Source of the DNA: an uncultured Deinococcaceae bacterium
GTDB lineage: Bacteria > Deinococcota > Deinococci > Deinococcales > Deinococcaceae
DNA: 64,000 nt
Assembly (NCBI GenBank): GCA_964252075.1
Contig: CAXULY010000002.1
Location: forward strand, 175,974-239,973
Direction of reading: 5' to 3'
Below the pieces are notes generated by a model that was not told the DNA's origin, did no database searches, and saw only the letters and a program-made list of their open reading frames with translations. The position numbers were made by a program, and so were the translations under genes. Positions 32,367-42,476 of the stretch are shown here, piece by piece. Position 1 is the stretch's first letter. Each line of letters begins with the position of its first letter.

Positions 32367-32993
32367 TCAGGCCGAGGCACCCGTGCGACTCAGCCCGTAG
32401 CACGCGAGGATGTTCCCGGAGCCCTGCCACGTGCGCGTGTGCAGGAGCTTGAGGGACACGGGTGGCCGACCCACGAACAGCGGCGTGCCCTCACCGGCGA
32501 TCAGCGGGAAGACCATGAGGTGCAGTTCATCCACGAGGTCGTGGGCGAGCAGGTGGTTCCAGAGCGTGCGGCCCGCGAACATGAAGACCTCGCGGCCCGG
32601 CGTGCCCTTCAACGCCGCCACGGCCCGCGCGGCGTCCCCAACGGGCACGATGCGGGTGCTGGCGTCCCACGGGACGAGCTCGGCGGGCGTGATGCGGTCC
32701 GAGACGACGAGCTTGTCCATGCGGGCCTGCAGGCCCGCCATTTCCCGGCGGATGGCGGTGGCGCTGGGGTCGTCCGGCACGCCCGTCCAGTACCGCATGT
32801 TGTCCACGAAGTTCTTGCGTCCGTTGAAGATCAGGGTGTCGGCGGCGCGCATGCGTTCCGCCATGTAGTGGTCGAAGTGCTCATCCCCGGCGTAGTCCGG
32901 GTGGAAGTGCTCGAAGATGGCGTTCAGGTCGCGGTTCCGGCCCTCGTAGTAGCCGTCGAGCGTGACCAGGTTGCCCACGATGAGTTTCCGCAT
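32367..32993 (-). CDS. Dihydrofolate reductase / RibD C-terminal family protein
   Basis: [21 protein letters not shown]...GEG.PLF; GGAGG RBS. Confidence 0.85.
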   Translation of the reverse strand: MRKLIVGNLVTLDGYYEGRNRDLNAIFEHFHPDYAGDEHFDHYMAERMRAADTLIFNGRKNFVDNMRYWTGVPDDPSATAIRREMAGLQARMDKLVVSDRITPAELVPWDASTRIVPVGDAARAVAALKGTPGREVFMFAGRTLWNHLLAHDLVDELHLMVFPLIAGEGTPLFVGRPPVSLKLLHTRTWQGSGNILACYGLSRTGASA

Positions 32994-33104
32994 GGCGGCT
33001 TCCTCCCTGCTGTGGCGCGGCCCCGCCGCGCGTGATGGCGTGACCCCGGGTGAAGGCGCGTGCTCCGGGCGTCGCGCTCCGGAGTGATGGGTTCGTGCTC
33101 GCCC

Positions 33105-33133
33105 ACCTTATTCTGTAATGGACAGAACGTCAA
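33105..33133 (-). promoter_or_regulatory. Sigma70-type promoter whose 17-bp spacer is an RDRM (DdrO operator)
   Basis: Minus strand TTGACG-TTCTGTCCATTACAGAA-TAAGGT; palindrome TTCTGTAATGGACAGAA at 33111-33127. Confidence 0.8.
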
Positions 33134-33172
33134 GCGGGATTTTTTGAGCGCACCCAGGCCCCACGCCTGCAC

Positions 33173-34831
33173 TCAGCGGACGGCCTGCGCCACCGCGCGC
33201 CCCGCCGCCCGCCCACTGAAGATGCAGCCGCCCAGGAACGTGCCCTCCAGGGACCGGTACCCGTGCACGCCGCCCCCACCGAAGCCCGCCACCTCGCCCG
33301 CCGCGTACAGGCCCGGCATGGGCTCACCGTCCGCGCCCAGCACGCGGCCCTGCAGGTCCGTCTCCAGCCCCCCAAGCGACTTGCGCGTCAGGATGTTCAG
33401 CCGCACCGCGATCAGCGGGCCGCCCGCCGGGTCGAGGATCGGCGCGGGCGTGGCCACCCGCACGAAACGCTCGCTCAGCACGCTCCGCGCGTTGCGCACC
33501 ACCGCCAGCTGCGGGTCCTTCCCGGCGGGGTTGAGGGTCTGCGCGTCGCGGTCCCGCACCTCCCGCTCCACCACGGTGAGGTCCACGAGGTCATTGCCGG
33601 TCAGGGCGTTCATGCCGCGCACCAGGTCCGGCAGCGTGTCCCGCACCACGAAGTCCGCGCCGCGCTCCATGAAGGACCGCACGGGCCCCTGCACGTCCCG
33701 CCCGAGCCGCCGCAAGGTCAGCGGGACGCTGCGGCCTGTGAGGTCCGGGTTCTGCTCGCTGCCGGACAGCGCGAACTCCCGCTTGATGATGGCGCGGTTC
33801 AGCACGAACCACGTGTACGGGTGGTGCGTGGTGATGAACTGCAGCGTGTCGAGGGAACTCGCGCCCGGAATGTGCGGGAAGGGCAGGCGGCGGCCCGTCG
33901 GGTCCAGCCACAGGCTGCTGGGGCCGGGCAGGATGCGAATCCCGTGGTTCGGCCAGATGGGGTTCCAGTTGCGCAGGCCCTCGGTGTAGTGCCACATGCG
34001 GTCCGGGTTGATGAGCCGCGCGCCCGCGCGGCCCACCTCCTGCTGCAGCAGGCCGTCCACGTGCTTCGGCACGCCGGACACCATAAACTCGGGCGCGGGC
34101 CCGAGGCGCTCGGTCGGCCAGTATCGCCGCACCAGCGCGTGGTTTCCGCCGAGCCCGCCGGACGTCACGAGGACCGCCTGCGCGTTCAGGCTGAAGTCCC
34201 CCACCACCACGCGGGAACTCGGCTCGCCGCGCATCACGTCGGAGGGCTCCAGCAGGTCGCCGTGCACGCCGTGCACGACGCCCGCGGTGAGGTTCAGGCC
34301 GCGCACGCGGTGCCGGAACGCGAAGGTGATGCGCCCCGCGCGCTGGTGTTCGCGCACGCGCCGCTCGAAGGGCTCCAGGACGCCCGGGCCGGTGCCCCAC
34401 GTCACGTGGAAGCGCGGCACGCTGTTGCCGGGCTGACCGGCACCCGCCGCGCCGCGCTCCGCCCAGCCCACCGCCGGGAACCAGCGCAGGCCCTGCGCGT
34501 GCAGCCACGCGCGCTTCTCACCCGCCGCGAAATCCACGTAGGCTTCCGCCCAGCGCCTCGGCCAGTGGTCCTCCGGGCGGTCGAAGCGCGCGGTGGTCAT
34601 CCAGTCGCGCAGGGCCAGCTCGCGCGAGTCGCGGATGCCGAGCCGCCGCTGCTCCGGGGAGTTCACCAGGAACAGCCCCCCGAACGACCAGTAGGCCTGC
34701 CCCCCGAGGTTCTGCTCGCCCTCCTGGTCCAGCAGCAGGACGGTCCGCCCGGCGTCGGCGATCTCGGCGGCGGCGACGAGTCCGGCGAGACCCGCGCCCA
34801 CCACGAGGACATCGGCATCAAGCGTTGGCAT
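33173..34831 (-). CDS. FAD-binding dehydrogenase (KsdD-like superfamily)
   Basis: VVGAGLAG, GGQAYWSFGG, PRFHVTWGTGP, RKSLGG, GLYAAGE, LEGTFLGGC. Confidence 0.85.
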   Translation of the reverse strand: MPTLDADVLVVGAGLAGLVAAAEIADAGRTVLLLDQEGEQNLGGQAYWSFGGLFLVNSPEQRRLGIRDSRELALRDWMTTARFDRPEDHWPRRWAEAYVDFAAGEKRAWLHAQGLRWFPAVGWAERGAAGAGQPGNSVPRFHVTWGTGPGVLEPFERRVREHQRAGRITFAFRHRVRGLNLTAGVVHGVHGDLLEPSDVMRGEPSSRVVVGDFSLNAQAVLVTSGGLGGNHALVRRYWPTERLGPAPEFMVSGVPKHVDGLLQQEVGRAGARLINPDRMWHYTEGLRNWNPIWPNHGIRILPGPSSLWLDPTGRRLPFPHIPGASSLDTLQFITTHHPYTWFVLNRAIIKREFALSGSEQNPDLTGRSVPLTLRRLGRDVQGPVRSFMERGADFVVRDTLPDLVRGMNALTGNDLVDLTVVEREVRDRDAQTLNPAGKDPQLAVVRNARSVLSERFVRVATPAPILDPAGGPLIAVRLNILTRKSLGGLETDLQGRVLGADGEPMPGLYAAGEVAGFGGGGVHGYRSLEGTFLGGCIFSGRAAGRAVAQAVR

Positions 34832-34915
34832 GACGGTGCTCCTTCCAGGCCAGACGCGCGCGGCGCTCCAGCGACGCCCCCATTATGCGGCGGGCGGTTC
34901 CGGCTGACCCCGCGC

Positions 34916-36331
34916 TCAGTTGAGCAGTCGGTCATCGGGGGGGTGGACCGGCGGGGCGTCCTGCACCGCGTGACCGTGCGGGGAGGCCGCCGCGACCCGC
35001 GTGAAGAAATCGCGCGCCTCCGGCTGCGGCAAGGGGGTGCTCCAGGGCACCTTGAGCCACGGGCTGGCGGGGTCCTCGCGCAGGAGGGTCAGCGTCCGGT
35101 CGAGGCCCCCGTCCTGCTCGTGCGCCTCCGCGCCGTGGCCTTTCAGGCGGCGCCACAGCACGCGGCCCGCGCGGTACCCGTCCGCGAGCGCCTCCCAGCT
35201 GGCGTACCGGTCCTGCAGCGCGCGGCTGGCGTGCAGCAGCAGGTTCTCGGCCTCCTGCGGGGTCAGGTGCCCGACGGAGGCGGCGTTCACGGTGACCTGC
35301 ACCATCCGCACGAGGTCCCACGCGAGCACATCCGCCTGGGGCGCGCTGGGCTGACGCGCCTGCAGGGCGCGCAGCGGGGCGCGGTGCCCCTCGTGATGCA
35401 GCCACATCAGGGTGTCGAGCGCGCCGTCGCGGTCGTGAATGCCCCAGTCGCGCTGCAGGATCTCGGGGATGTGCGGGTCGTCGCACACCAGCAGGTCAAT
35501 GGGGTCCCCCCACCACGCGCGGTAGATGGCGGCCACCGCGAGCGCCCAGTTCAGGCTGGACGGGGTGAAGTCCACCTCGCGGATGTACACGATCACCTCA
35601 CTCAGGTGCGCGCGGAGCGCTCGGTCAGAGAAGTCATTGAAGGCCGGTTCGGGCAGCGGCGCACTCCACGCCACCTGCTGCCACGGGCTTGTCCGCTGAT
35701 GCGTGAGGACCTGCACGGCCTCACGCAGGCTGCGCAGGCGCGCGTCGGACGCCGGGGTGCGCTCGATGCTCTTGTGCACGCGGTTCACGATCATGCCCGC
35801 CACGAAGGCCTCGCCGTACTCCGCCCAGCTGCCGTAGGTGCGTTGCAGCGCCCGCGCGGGGTGCAGCATCAGCACCTGCGTTTCCTCCGGCGTGAGGAGG
35901 CCCATCGTGCAGCCTGCCACGCACAGGTGCAGGGCGCGCGCGAGGTCGAAGGCCAGCAGGTCCTGCTGCGGCAGGCTCGGCTCGGCGCGCTGCAGGGCCC
36001 GCATGGGGCGGCGCGCGCCCTGGTGCGTGAGCTGCGCGATGTTGCGCAGCAGGTCGTCGCGCGTCTGAACGCCCCACTGGCCCTCCAGCACGTGCTTGAA
36101 CTGCGGTCGGCCCTCCAGGTCCATGAGTTTGTCCACGGGCCGCTCCAGCCACACGCTGTAGATGGCGTTCGCGGCGAGCAGCCAGCGTTCCGTCGGGGGG
36201 GCTTCACCCTGCGGGTTCGCGCGCAGGATCAGGGCGCGGCCCGCGCGGTACAGGGACCGCCGCCGGCGCTGGCGGCGCAGGATCAGGGCGGTCACCACGG
36301 CCAGCAGCAGCACCACGAACAGGACGGCCAC
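34916..36331 (-). CDS. Membrane-anchored protein with two tandem DUF1266-like domains
   Basis: N-terminal TM plus Arg cluster; duplicated WG..RD / A(F/W)DL.R / LQ..Y.SW / SPW..V.WS blocks; -10 TAGGAT 6 nt before GTG. Confidence 0.7.
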   Translation of the reverse strand: MAVLFVVLLLAVVTALILRRQRRRRSLYRAGRALILRANPQGEAPPTERWLLAANAIYSVWLERPVDKLMDLEGRPQFKHVLEGQWGVQTRDDLLRNIAQLTHQGARRPMRALQRAEPSLPQQDLLAFDLARALHLCVAGCTMGLLTPEETQVLMLHPARALQRTYGSWAEYGEAFVAGMIVNRVHKSIERTPASDARLRSLREAVQVLTHQRTSPWQQVAWSAPLPEPAFNDFSDRALRAHLSEVIVYIREVDFTPSSLNWALAVAAIYRAWWGDPIDLLVCDDPHIPEILQRDWGIHDRDGALDTLMWLHHEGHRAPLRALQARQPSAPQADVLAWDLVRMVQVTVNAASVGHLTPQEAENLLLHASRALQDRYASWEALADGYRAGRVLWRRLKGHGAEAHEQDGGLDRTLTLLREDPASPWLKVPWSTPLPQPEARDFFTRVAAASPHGHAVQDAPPVHPPDDRLLN

Positions 36332-36354
36332 CCGGCCATCCTACCCCGCGCCCG

Positions 36355-37194
36355 TCAGGTCGGGGCGGGCCAGTTCAGCGTGCGGCGCAGGCTGCCGCCC
36401 AGAATCCAGGCTTTGTCGGCGTCGCTGAGGCCCGGCGCGTCGCGCACGGCGTGCAGGGATTCCGCCCAGCTGTGGTGGTCGCGGCTTTCGCTGTGGTCGC
36501 TGCCCCACATCACGCGCTGCGGCCCGAAGGCGTCCACCACGCGCAGCAGCATCTCCTGCACGTCCGGGTACGGGAAGGCGTGCGCCGAGAGGCGCGGCGC
36601 GTGACTCCACTTCAGCGACACGTTCGGGTGCGCGGCGAGCGCCAGCACGTCCGCGAAGCCCTCGAAGCGGTCGTCGGGGACAGGCGCGGTCGGGAGGCGC
36701 ACGCCGCAGTGGTCCACGATGACCTGCACGTCCGGGAAGCGCGCGAGGTACGGGCGCAGGTCGCGCGTGCGGCCGGGCAGCAGCACGAACACCGGCACGC
36801 CGTGGCGTTCCGCGGCCGCGAAGATGGGCGCGTCTTCGCCCGCCGCGAAGCGCTCGAAGCCCTCCGGCGTCCAGGGCGTGACGCGCAGCGCAAGACGGCC
36901 CGGCGTGTGGCGCACGCTCGCGATCAGGGCGTCCAGGTCCGGGTCGTCGCGGTGCACGCGGATGAGGTACGCGAAGCGCTCCGGGTGGCTGAGCGCCGCG
37001 GCTTCCGCGAGCGGGTACACGTGCCGGAACGCGCCGTTCGGGAGTTCGTACCCCGGCAGAATGCGGGCGTGCGCGTCGAACCCCCAGTACTCGTCGTACA
37101 GCAGGGCGCGCACGCCCGCGGCGTCCATCGCGGCGAGGCCCGCGTTGAGGTCCCCGAGCTTGTTGAGGTGCACCTGCGCGTCAACGATGTCCAT
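36355..37194 (-). CDS. Amidohydrolase_2 family protein
   Basis: DAQVH, IVDHCG, PNVSLKWS, FGPQRVMWGSD. Confidence 0.85.
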   Translation of the reverse strand: MDIVDAQVHLNKLGDLNAGLAAMDAAGVRALLYDEYWGFDAHARILPGYELPNGAFRHVYPLAEAAALSHPERFAYLIRVHRDDPDLDALIASVRHTPGRLALRVTPWTPEGFERFAAGEDAPIFAAAERHGVPVFVLLPGRTRDLRPYLARFPDVQVIVDHCGVRLPTAPVPDDRFEGFADVLALAAHPNVSLKWSHAPRLSAHAFPYPDVQEMLLRVVDAFGPQRVMWGSDHSESRDHHSWAESLHAVRDAPGLSDADKAWILGGSLRRTLNWPAPT

Positions 37195-38536
37195 GCTGGC
37201 CCTCCAGGCCGCGCGGGACGAGCCACACTTCGGCGGCGCTCCCGATGGCGAGTGCCCGGGCGTCCGCGCCGGGCAGCGTGATGACCTGCAGGCCCACCGG
37301 CAGGCCCGCCGCGTCGTGGCCCGCGCACACGGACAGCGCCGGGAAGCCCGTGAGGTTGTGCGGTCCGGTCCAGCGCGCCTCCGCCGCGCCCTCGTCGCCC
37401 GCGATGGCGGGGTCCTCGTGCGGCGCGACCCACGGGGCGGTGGGGCTCAGCAGCGCGTCCACCGTCTCGAAGGCCTGCAGGCAGCGGCGGCTCAGCAGGC
37501 GGCGGAACTGCTGCGCGCGCACGTACGTGACGGCCGGGACGGTGAAGCCCAGTTCCAGCTGCGTGCGCGTCATGGGCGCGTAGTCCTGTGCGTGCGCGCG
37601 CAGCCACGGGTCGTGCGCGGCGCTCGCCTCCGGCAGGAGGACCTGCATCAGGGCGTCGTCCGCGAGGGCCAGCTCGGGCAGGTGCACCTCGCTGAGGGTC
37701 GCGCCCTGCGCTTCCAGCGCCGCGAGCGCCGCCCGGAACACCTCGCGCACCCCGGGCTGCAGGGCGTCCGGCTGGGCGTACCCGCTGAGCACGCCGAGGC
37801 GCAGTCCCGCCACGCCGCGCGGCGCGGCGTGCGGGCGGCCGGTGAGGGCCTCCAGGGTGAGGCGCGCGTCCTCGCTGCGGCGCGCGAGGGGCCCCGCGTG
37901 GTCCAGGGACCACGACAGCGGGAAGACGCCCTCCAGGTCCACCGCGCCATAGGTGGGTTTGAGGCCCGCGACGCCGCAGTACGCGGCGGGAATGCGAATG
38001 GACCCGCCGGTGTCCGTGCCGATCGCCGCGAAGCACAGCCCGGCGGCGACCGCGGCGGCCGAGCCGCCACTCGACCCGCCCGCCGTCCGGTCCGCGTCGT
38101 GTGGGTTGTTGGCCTGCCCGTAATCCGGGTGCGCGACGCCGTACGCGAACTCCAGCATGTTCGTCTTGCCGAGCAGCACCGCGCCCGCCGCTTCCAGCCG
38201 CGCGGCGAGCGGCGCGGTGCGCTCCGGCACGAACGCGGCGCGGATGCGCGAACCGCAGGTGGTGGGCACGCCCGCCACGTCCACCAGGTCCTTGAGGGCG
38301 ATGGGAACGCCGTGCAGCGGCCCGCGGTCCTGCCCGGCGCGCAGGTCCGCCTCGGCGCGCCGAGCCTGCGCCCGGGCGCGCTCGGCGGTGACGGTGATGA
38401 AGGCGTTCAGGGTGGGGTTCAGCGCCTCGATGCGCGCGAGGAGCAACTCGGTGACCTCCACGGGCGACGCGGCGCCCGAACGGTAGTGCCGACCGAGGCC
38501 TGCGATGTCCTCGAAGGCGAGGTCAGCGTCCGTCAC
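37181..38536 (-). CDS. Amidase-signature enzyme (GatA/AtzE-like)
   Basis: LHGVPIALKD, GKTNMLEFA, GGSSGGSAAA, GTDTGGSIR. Confidence 0.9.
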   Translation of the reverse strand: MTDADLAFEDIAGLGRHYRSGAASPVEVTELLLARIEALNPTLNAFITVTAERARAQARRAEADLRAGQDRGPLHGVPIALKDLVDVAGVPTTCGSRIRAAFVPERTAPLAARLEAAGAVLLGKTNMLEFAYGVAHPDYGQANNPHDADRTAGGSSGGSAAAVAAGLCFAAIGTDTGGSIRIPAAYCGVAGLKPTYGAVDLEGVFPLSWSLDHAGPLARRSEDARLTLEALTGRPHAAPRGVAGLRLGVLSGYAQPDALQPGVREVFRAALAALEAQGATLSEVHLPELALADDALMQVLLPEASAAHDPWLRAHAQDYAPMTRTQLELGFTVPAVTYVRAQQFRRLLSRRCLQAFETVDALLSPTAPWVAPHEDPAIAGDEGAAEARWTGPHNLTGFPALSVCAGHDAAGLPVGLQVITLPGADARALAIGSAAEVWLVPRGLEGQHGHR

Positions 38537-38741
38537 GCGGCGCCTCGGGCCACAGGGGGGCGGTGGCGCTCAGGGGGCCCAGGTCGAGGGCCTGGAGGCG
38601 CTGCGCGCCGAGCAACAGCGCCTCCAAGTGGGGCGCGAGCGCTTCGGCGCGCCCGGCGGTCAGGCGGAGGCCTGCGCAGGCGGCGAGGTCCTGCACGAGC
38701 GCCGCGCTGATGGGCGGTGGTGCGTGTGGGGCAGGGGGCAC
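38523..38741 (-). CDS. Small helical protein upstream of the amidase (GatC/AtzG-like position)
   Basis: 72 aa from GTG 38741; LAACAGLRLTAGRAEALA; overlaps amidase start; TATGCT upstream. Confidence 0.55.
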   Translation of the reverse strand: MPPAPHAPPPISAALVQDLAACAGLRLTAGRAEALAPHLEALLLGAQRLQALDLGPLSATAPLWPEAPRDGR

Positions 38742-38796
38742 GGTGCCCGCAGCATACCCTCCGGCGGGCCGCGCGGTGCGCCCGCGCGTCAGGCCC

Positions 38797-39477
38797 TCAG
38801 CGCGCGGGTGTGGGGGGGCAGGGCGCGGCCGGTTCGGGCATCGGGAAGTGCCGCGTGAGGCGCTCCACGAGGGCTCGGTCCCCACCGACCTGCAGGCGCC
38901 CGTCCGCTTCCGCCTGCGCCAGGGGCAGCCCGTTGAAGAGCACCTCGCCCAGCGTGGCGACGTCGGCGGTGATGGTCGCGGCAGGCGTGGGCGGGCGACC
39001 CCGCTCGACGCACAGCTGCCCGCCCGCGCTAGTGACGCTGAATTCCTCACGGCCGACGCGCAGGGCCAGGGGCGTGACGTCCGCCTGATCGCCAGGCTGG
39101 AACATGGTCTTCATGGCGCTGATGAGGGTCGCGAGGCTGATGGGGGCGTGCGCGGGCCGTTCGGGCGAGCGGGCACCCCAGCGGCCCAGGTGCTGCAGCA
39201 CCGGTTCGAGTTCCTGGCCCCAGGGCGTCAGGGCGTACACCCAGCTCGCGGCGGGCGGTGGGAGCTGCTGGCGTTCCACGACGCCGCTGGCCTCCAGGTC
39301 CTTGAGGCGCTGCGACAGCACGTTGGGGCTGATGCCGGGCAGGTTGTCCTTGAGGTCGCAGAAGCGCCGGGCGCCGAGCAGCAGTTCGCGCACGACCAGC
39401 AGCGCCCAGCGCTCCCCCACCAGATTCAGGGCGTGCGCGGCGGCGCAGCCGTCCTCGTAGGTGCGCTTGGTGGTCAT
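38797..39477 (-). CDS. HxlR-family winged-helix regulator with SCP2-like C-terminus
   Basis: CAAAHALNLVGERWALLVVRELL, LPGISPNVLSQRL, YALTPWG. Confidence 0.85.
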   Translation of the reverse strand: MTTKRTYEDGCAAAHALNLVGERWALLVVRELLLGARRFCDLKDNLPGISPNVLSQRLKDLEASGVVERQQLPPPAASWVYALTPWGQELEPVLQHLGRWGARSPERPAHAPISLATLISAMKTMFQPGDQADVTPLALRVGREEFSVTSAGGQLCVERGRPPTPAATITADVATLGEVLFNGLPLAQAEADGRLQVGGDRALVERLTRHFPMPEPAAPCPPTPAR

Positions 39478-39592
39478 GCCTCCATGCTAAGCCATTTGGT
39501 ATAGATTTCTATGCTTATGGTTGCAATTTAGGACCATTCTGTTATACGCTAACCATCTCGTGGCCGTCCGGCCCGACCCCAGCGGAGGCCCC

Positions 39593-41134
39593 ATGACCAG
39601 CAGCCCAGCACCAGCCGAGCCTCACCCCGACGGACCGCGCGCGCGCCCGGCAAACGACCCTCACGAGGTGACCGTGACCGCACGAACCCCCGCCCAGCGC
39701 GACCGCTCGGTCATCCTGACGCTGCTCATCGCCACGTTCGTGGTCATCCTGAACGAGACCATCCTGAACGTCGCGCTGCCCCGCCTCATGACCGAACTGA
39801 GGATCTCGGCCAGCACCGTGCAGTGGCTCTCCACCGCCTTCATGCTCACCATGGCGGTGGTCATCCCCACCACCGGCTTCCTGCTGCAGCGCCTCAGCAC
39901 CCGCACGGTCTTCATCGCCGCCATGGCGCTCTTCACCGCCGGCACGCTGTTCGCCGCGCTGGCGCCCGGCTTCACCTTCCTGCTGCTCGCGCGCATCCTG
40001 CAGGCATCCGGCACCGCCATGATGCTGCCCCTGCTGATCACCACCGTCCTCACGCTCGTGCCGGAGGAGCGCCGCGGCGTGGTGATGGGGAACGTCAGCA
40101 TCGTCATCGCGGTGGCGCCCGCCATCGGCCCCACCCTCTCCGGCCTGATCCTGCAGTCCCTGTCGTGGCGCTTCCTGTTCCTGCTGGTGGTGCCGATCGC
40201 CCTCGCGGCCCTCGCGTACGGCCTGCGGGTCCTCACGAACGTCGGCGAGCCGCGCCGCGCGACCCTGGACCTCCCCTCCATCCCGCTGTCCGCGCTGGGG
40301 TTCGGCGGGCTGGTGTTCGCGCTCAGCCGCCTCGGGGACGCGCCCGGCGGCCTGCGCAACCCCGCGGTGGGCCTGCCGCTCGCGCTGAGCCTCGTGGCCC
40401 TCGCGCTGTTCGTGTGGCGTCAGCTGGCGCTGCAGCGCCGCGCCGAACCCCTGCTGGACCTGCGCGCCTTCCGCTTCGGGCCCTTCACGCTCGGCGTGTC
40501 CCTGATGGTCATCGCGATGGTGGCGCTCTTCGGCGGCGCGATCCTGCTGCCCCTGTACCTGCAGAACATCCGCGGCCTGACGCCCCTCGGGACGGGCCTG
40601 CTGTTGCTGCCCGGCGGGCTCCTCATGGGCCTGCTCGCCCCCCCCATCGGGCGGCTGTACGACCGCTTCGGGCCGCGCTGGCTCGTCACGGCGGGCACGC
40701 TGCTGCTCACGCTGGTGCTGTGGCGCCTCAGCGGCATCGACGCCGCGACGCCCATCTGGCTGCTGCTCACGCTGCACGTGGTGCTGAGTGTCGGCCTCGC
40801 CCTGATCTTCACGCCGGTCTTCACCAGCAGCCTGAACCCACTGCCCGCACGGCTGTACTCGCACGGCAGCGCCATCCTGAGCACCCTGCAGCAGGTGGCG
40901 GGCGCCGCCGGCACCGCCCTCCTCATCACGGTCATGACGGGCCGCACCGCGGCCCTCGCGCAGCAGGGCCAGGCGCTCAAACTCGCGCAGGCGTCCGGAC
41001 TGCAGGCGGCCTTCGGGCTCGCGGCGGCCATCAGCGTGCTCGCGGTGGTGCTCGCGGTCTTCATGCGCCGCCCCAGCGTCGCGCCCCACCCGCACGCCGA
41101 GGTGGACGGTGCGCACCTCACCCAGCAGGCCTGA
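39593..41134 (+). CDS. DHA2 (EmrB/LmrB-like) MFS efflux transporter
   Basis: LNETILNVALP, QWLSTAFML, APAIGP, PLLDLR; GGAGG RBS. Confidence 0.9.
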   Translation: MTSSPAPAEPHPDGPRARPANDPHEVTVTARTPAQRDRSVILTLLIATFVVILNETILNVALPRLMTELRISASTVQWLSTAFMLTMAVVIPTTGFLLQRLSTRTVFIAAMALFTAGTLFAALAPGFTFLLLARILQASGTAMMLPLLITTVLTLVPEERRGVVMGNVSIVIAVAPAIGPTLSGLILQSLSWRFLFLLVVPIALAALAYGLRVLTNVGEPRRATLDLPSIPLSALGFGGLVFALSRLGDAPGGLRNPAVGLPLALSLVALALFVWRQLALQRRAEPLLDLRAFRFGPFTLGVSLMVIAMVALFGGAILLPLYLQNIRGLTPLGTGLLLLPGGLLMGLLAPPIGRLYDRFGPRWLVTAGTLLLTLVLWRLSGIDAATPIWLLLTLHVVLSVGLALIFTPVFTSSLNPLPARLYSHGSAILSTLQQVAGAAGTALLITVMTGRTAALAQQGQALKLAQASGLQAAFGLAAAISVLAVVLAVFMRRPSVAPHPHAEVDGAHLTQQA

Positions 41135-41145
41135 ATGACCACAGT

Positions 41146-41176
41146 GAAAGGGGCCGCCCGCTGGGCGGCCCCCTTC
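41146..41176. terminator. Hairpin between convergent MFS genes
   Basis: GAAAGGGGCCGCCC-GCT-GGGCGGCCCCCTTC. Confidence 0.7.
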
Positions 41177-41189
41177 ATTTCGCCAGGGG

Positions 41190-42476
41190 TCAGGACGCCC
41201 GCAGGCGCAGCGGGAGGCGCAGCACCGCCCGCACCGTCCACGCCTGATCCTCCCTTACGCGTCGCAGGAACACCGCCGCCCCGACGCGCAGCGCCGCCGC
41301 CAGCAGGAACACCGCCTGGTACCCACTCACGGGCAGGTGCGCGGCGTTCACCGCCCCGATCACCTGCCCGGCCACGAGGCTGCCCGCGAACCCCGCGAGG
41401 CCCGTGATCATGCCCAGCACGCTGATGTACCCGGCGCGCTGCGCGCGTGGCGCCTGCGCCAGCAGCAGGTTGCCGAGCGCCGCGCCGCCCGCGCCGCTCA
41501 CGGTGGTGTCCAGCAGCGCGCTGCCCCACACGATCCACGGCGCGCCGGGCGTCGCGAGCGTCCAGACAAGCGGCAGCAGGCTGCCCGCGCCGACCGCTGT
41601 GATGGCGAACACCGGCTTGTGCCCCACGCGGTCCGCGAGGCGCCCCCACTGCGGCACCAGCAGCAGGCCCAAGGTGGCGACCAGCGCGCTGTAAATGGCG
41701 CCAGATGTGAAGGGCAGGTGCAACTCACCGTAGAAGTACGGCAGCATGAACGGCCCGCACAGCGCGCCCGCGAAAGCCCAGTACGCGCTCAGCCCGATGA
41801 AGCGGCGGAAGGTGCGGTCGCGCAGTGGCGCCCGGATGATGTCCGGCAGGCTGTCCGCGCGCTTTTCTACAGGCGGGTCCCACTGCAGGCCCACCAGCGC
41901 GAGGGCCGCCACGCCGAAGGCGACGCCCACCGACAGCAGCGCCTGAAATTTCATGGGGGCCGCCAGGTGATCCAGCAGCACCCCACCGAGCAGCGCGACG
42001 AACATGCCGATGAAGCCGTGCAGGGCGCCGCGGAAGCTGAAGTACCGCCCGCGCGCACGCTCCGGCACCACGTCCCCCAGCCACGCGCTCAGCAGAGTGT
42101 TGTATGCGCTGAGGAGCACACCGCTGGTGAACATGATGACTAGCAGCATTGGGAGGCGTGCCGCGGCGGGCATGAGGGGCAGGCAGGGCGCGGCGGTCCA
42201 CACGAGGCGACCGATGAGGCCCGTGATGAGCGCGAGGCGTTTGCGGTGCCCGCTGCGCACGGCAAGCCACGCGATGATGGGCGTGAGCGCCTGCGCGATG
42301 AGCGGCAGGCCCGCCAGCAGCGCGAACTGTCGGGGATTGGTGTGCAGGTACAGGGCGTAGCCGGTGAGGAGGCTGCCGCCCGTCCAGACCAGGTACGGCA
42401 TTCCGAAGGCGCCTTCCACCATGCTCACGGTCATGGTGCGGCGAGCACGAGGATCGAGTGTTGGGGGCACAGACAC
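41190..42476 (-). CDS. MFS transporter
   Basis: About 12 hydrophobic segments; WGRLADRVGHK; -10 TAGGAT 6 nt before GTG. Confidence 0.8.
   Translation of the reverse strand: MSVPPTLDPRARRTMTVSMVEGAFGMPYLVWTGGSLLTGYALYLHTNPRQFALLAGLPLIAQALTPIIAWLAVRSGHRKRLALITGLIGRLVWTAAPCLPLMPAAARLPMLLVIMFTSGVLLSAYNTLLSAWLGDVVPERARGRYFSFRGALHGFIGMFVALLGGVLLDHLAAPMKFQALLSVGVAFGVAALALVGLQWDPPVEKRADSLPDIIRAPLRDRTFRRFIGLSAYWAFAGALCGPFMLPYFYGELHLPFTSGAIYSALVATLGLLLVPQWGRLADRVGHKPVFAITAVGAGSLLPLVWTLATPGAPWIVWGSALLDTTVSGAGGAALGNLLLAQAPRAQRAGYISVLGMITGLAGFAGSLVAGQVIGAVNAAHLPVSGYQAVFLLAAALRVGAAVFLRRVREDQAWTVRAVLRLPLRLRAS

Noticed and set aside
32138..33096. 12-bp inverted match ACGAACCCATCA / TGATGGGTTCGT about 950 bp apart
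   Set aside because: Length is compatible with chance; no transposase or recombinase nearby
39537..39553. RDRM-like TTCTGTTATACGCTAAC upstream of the efflux gene
   Set aside because: Right half has several mismatches; control by the divergent HxlR regulator is more likely
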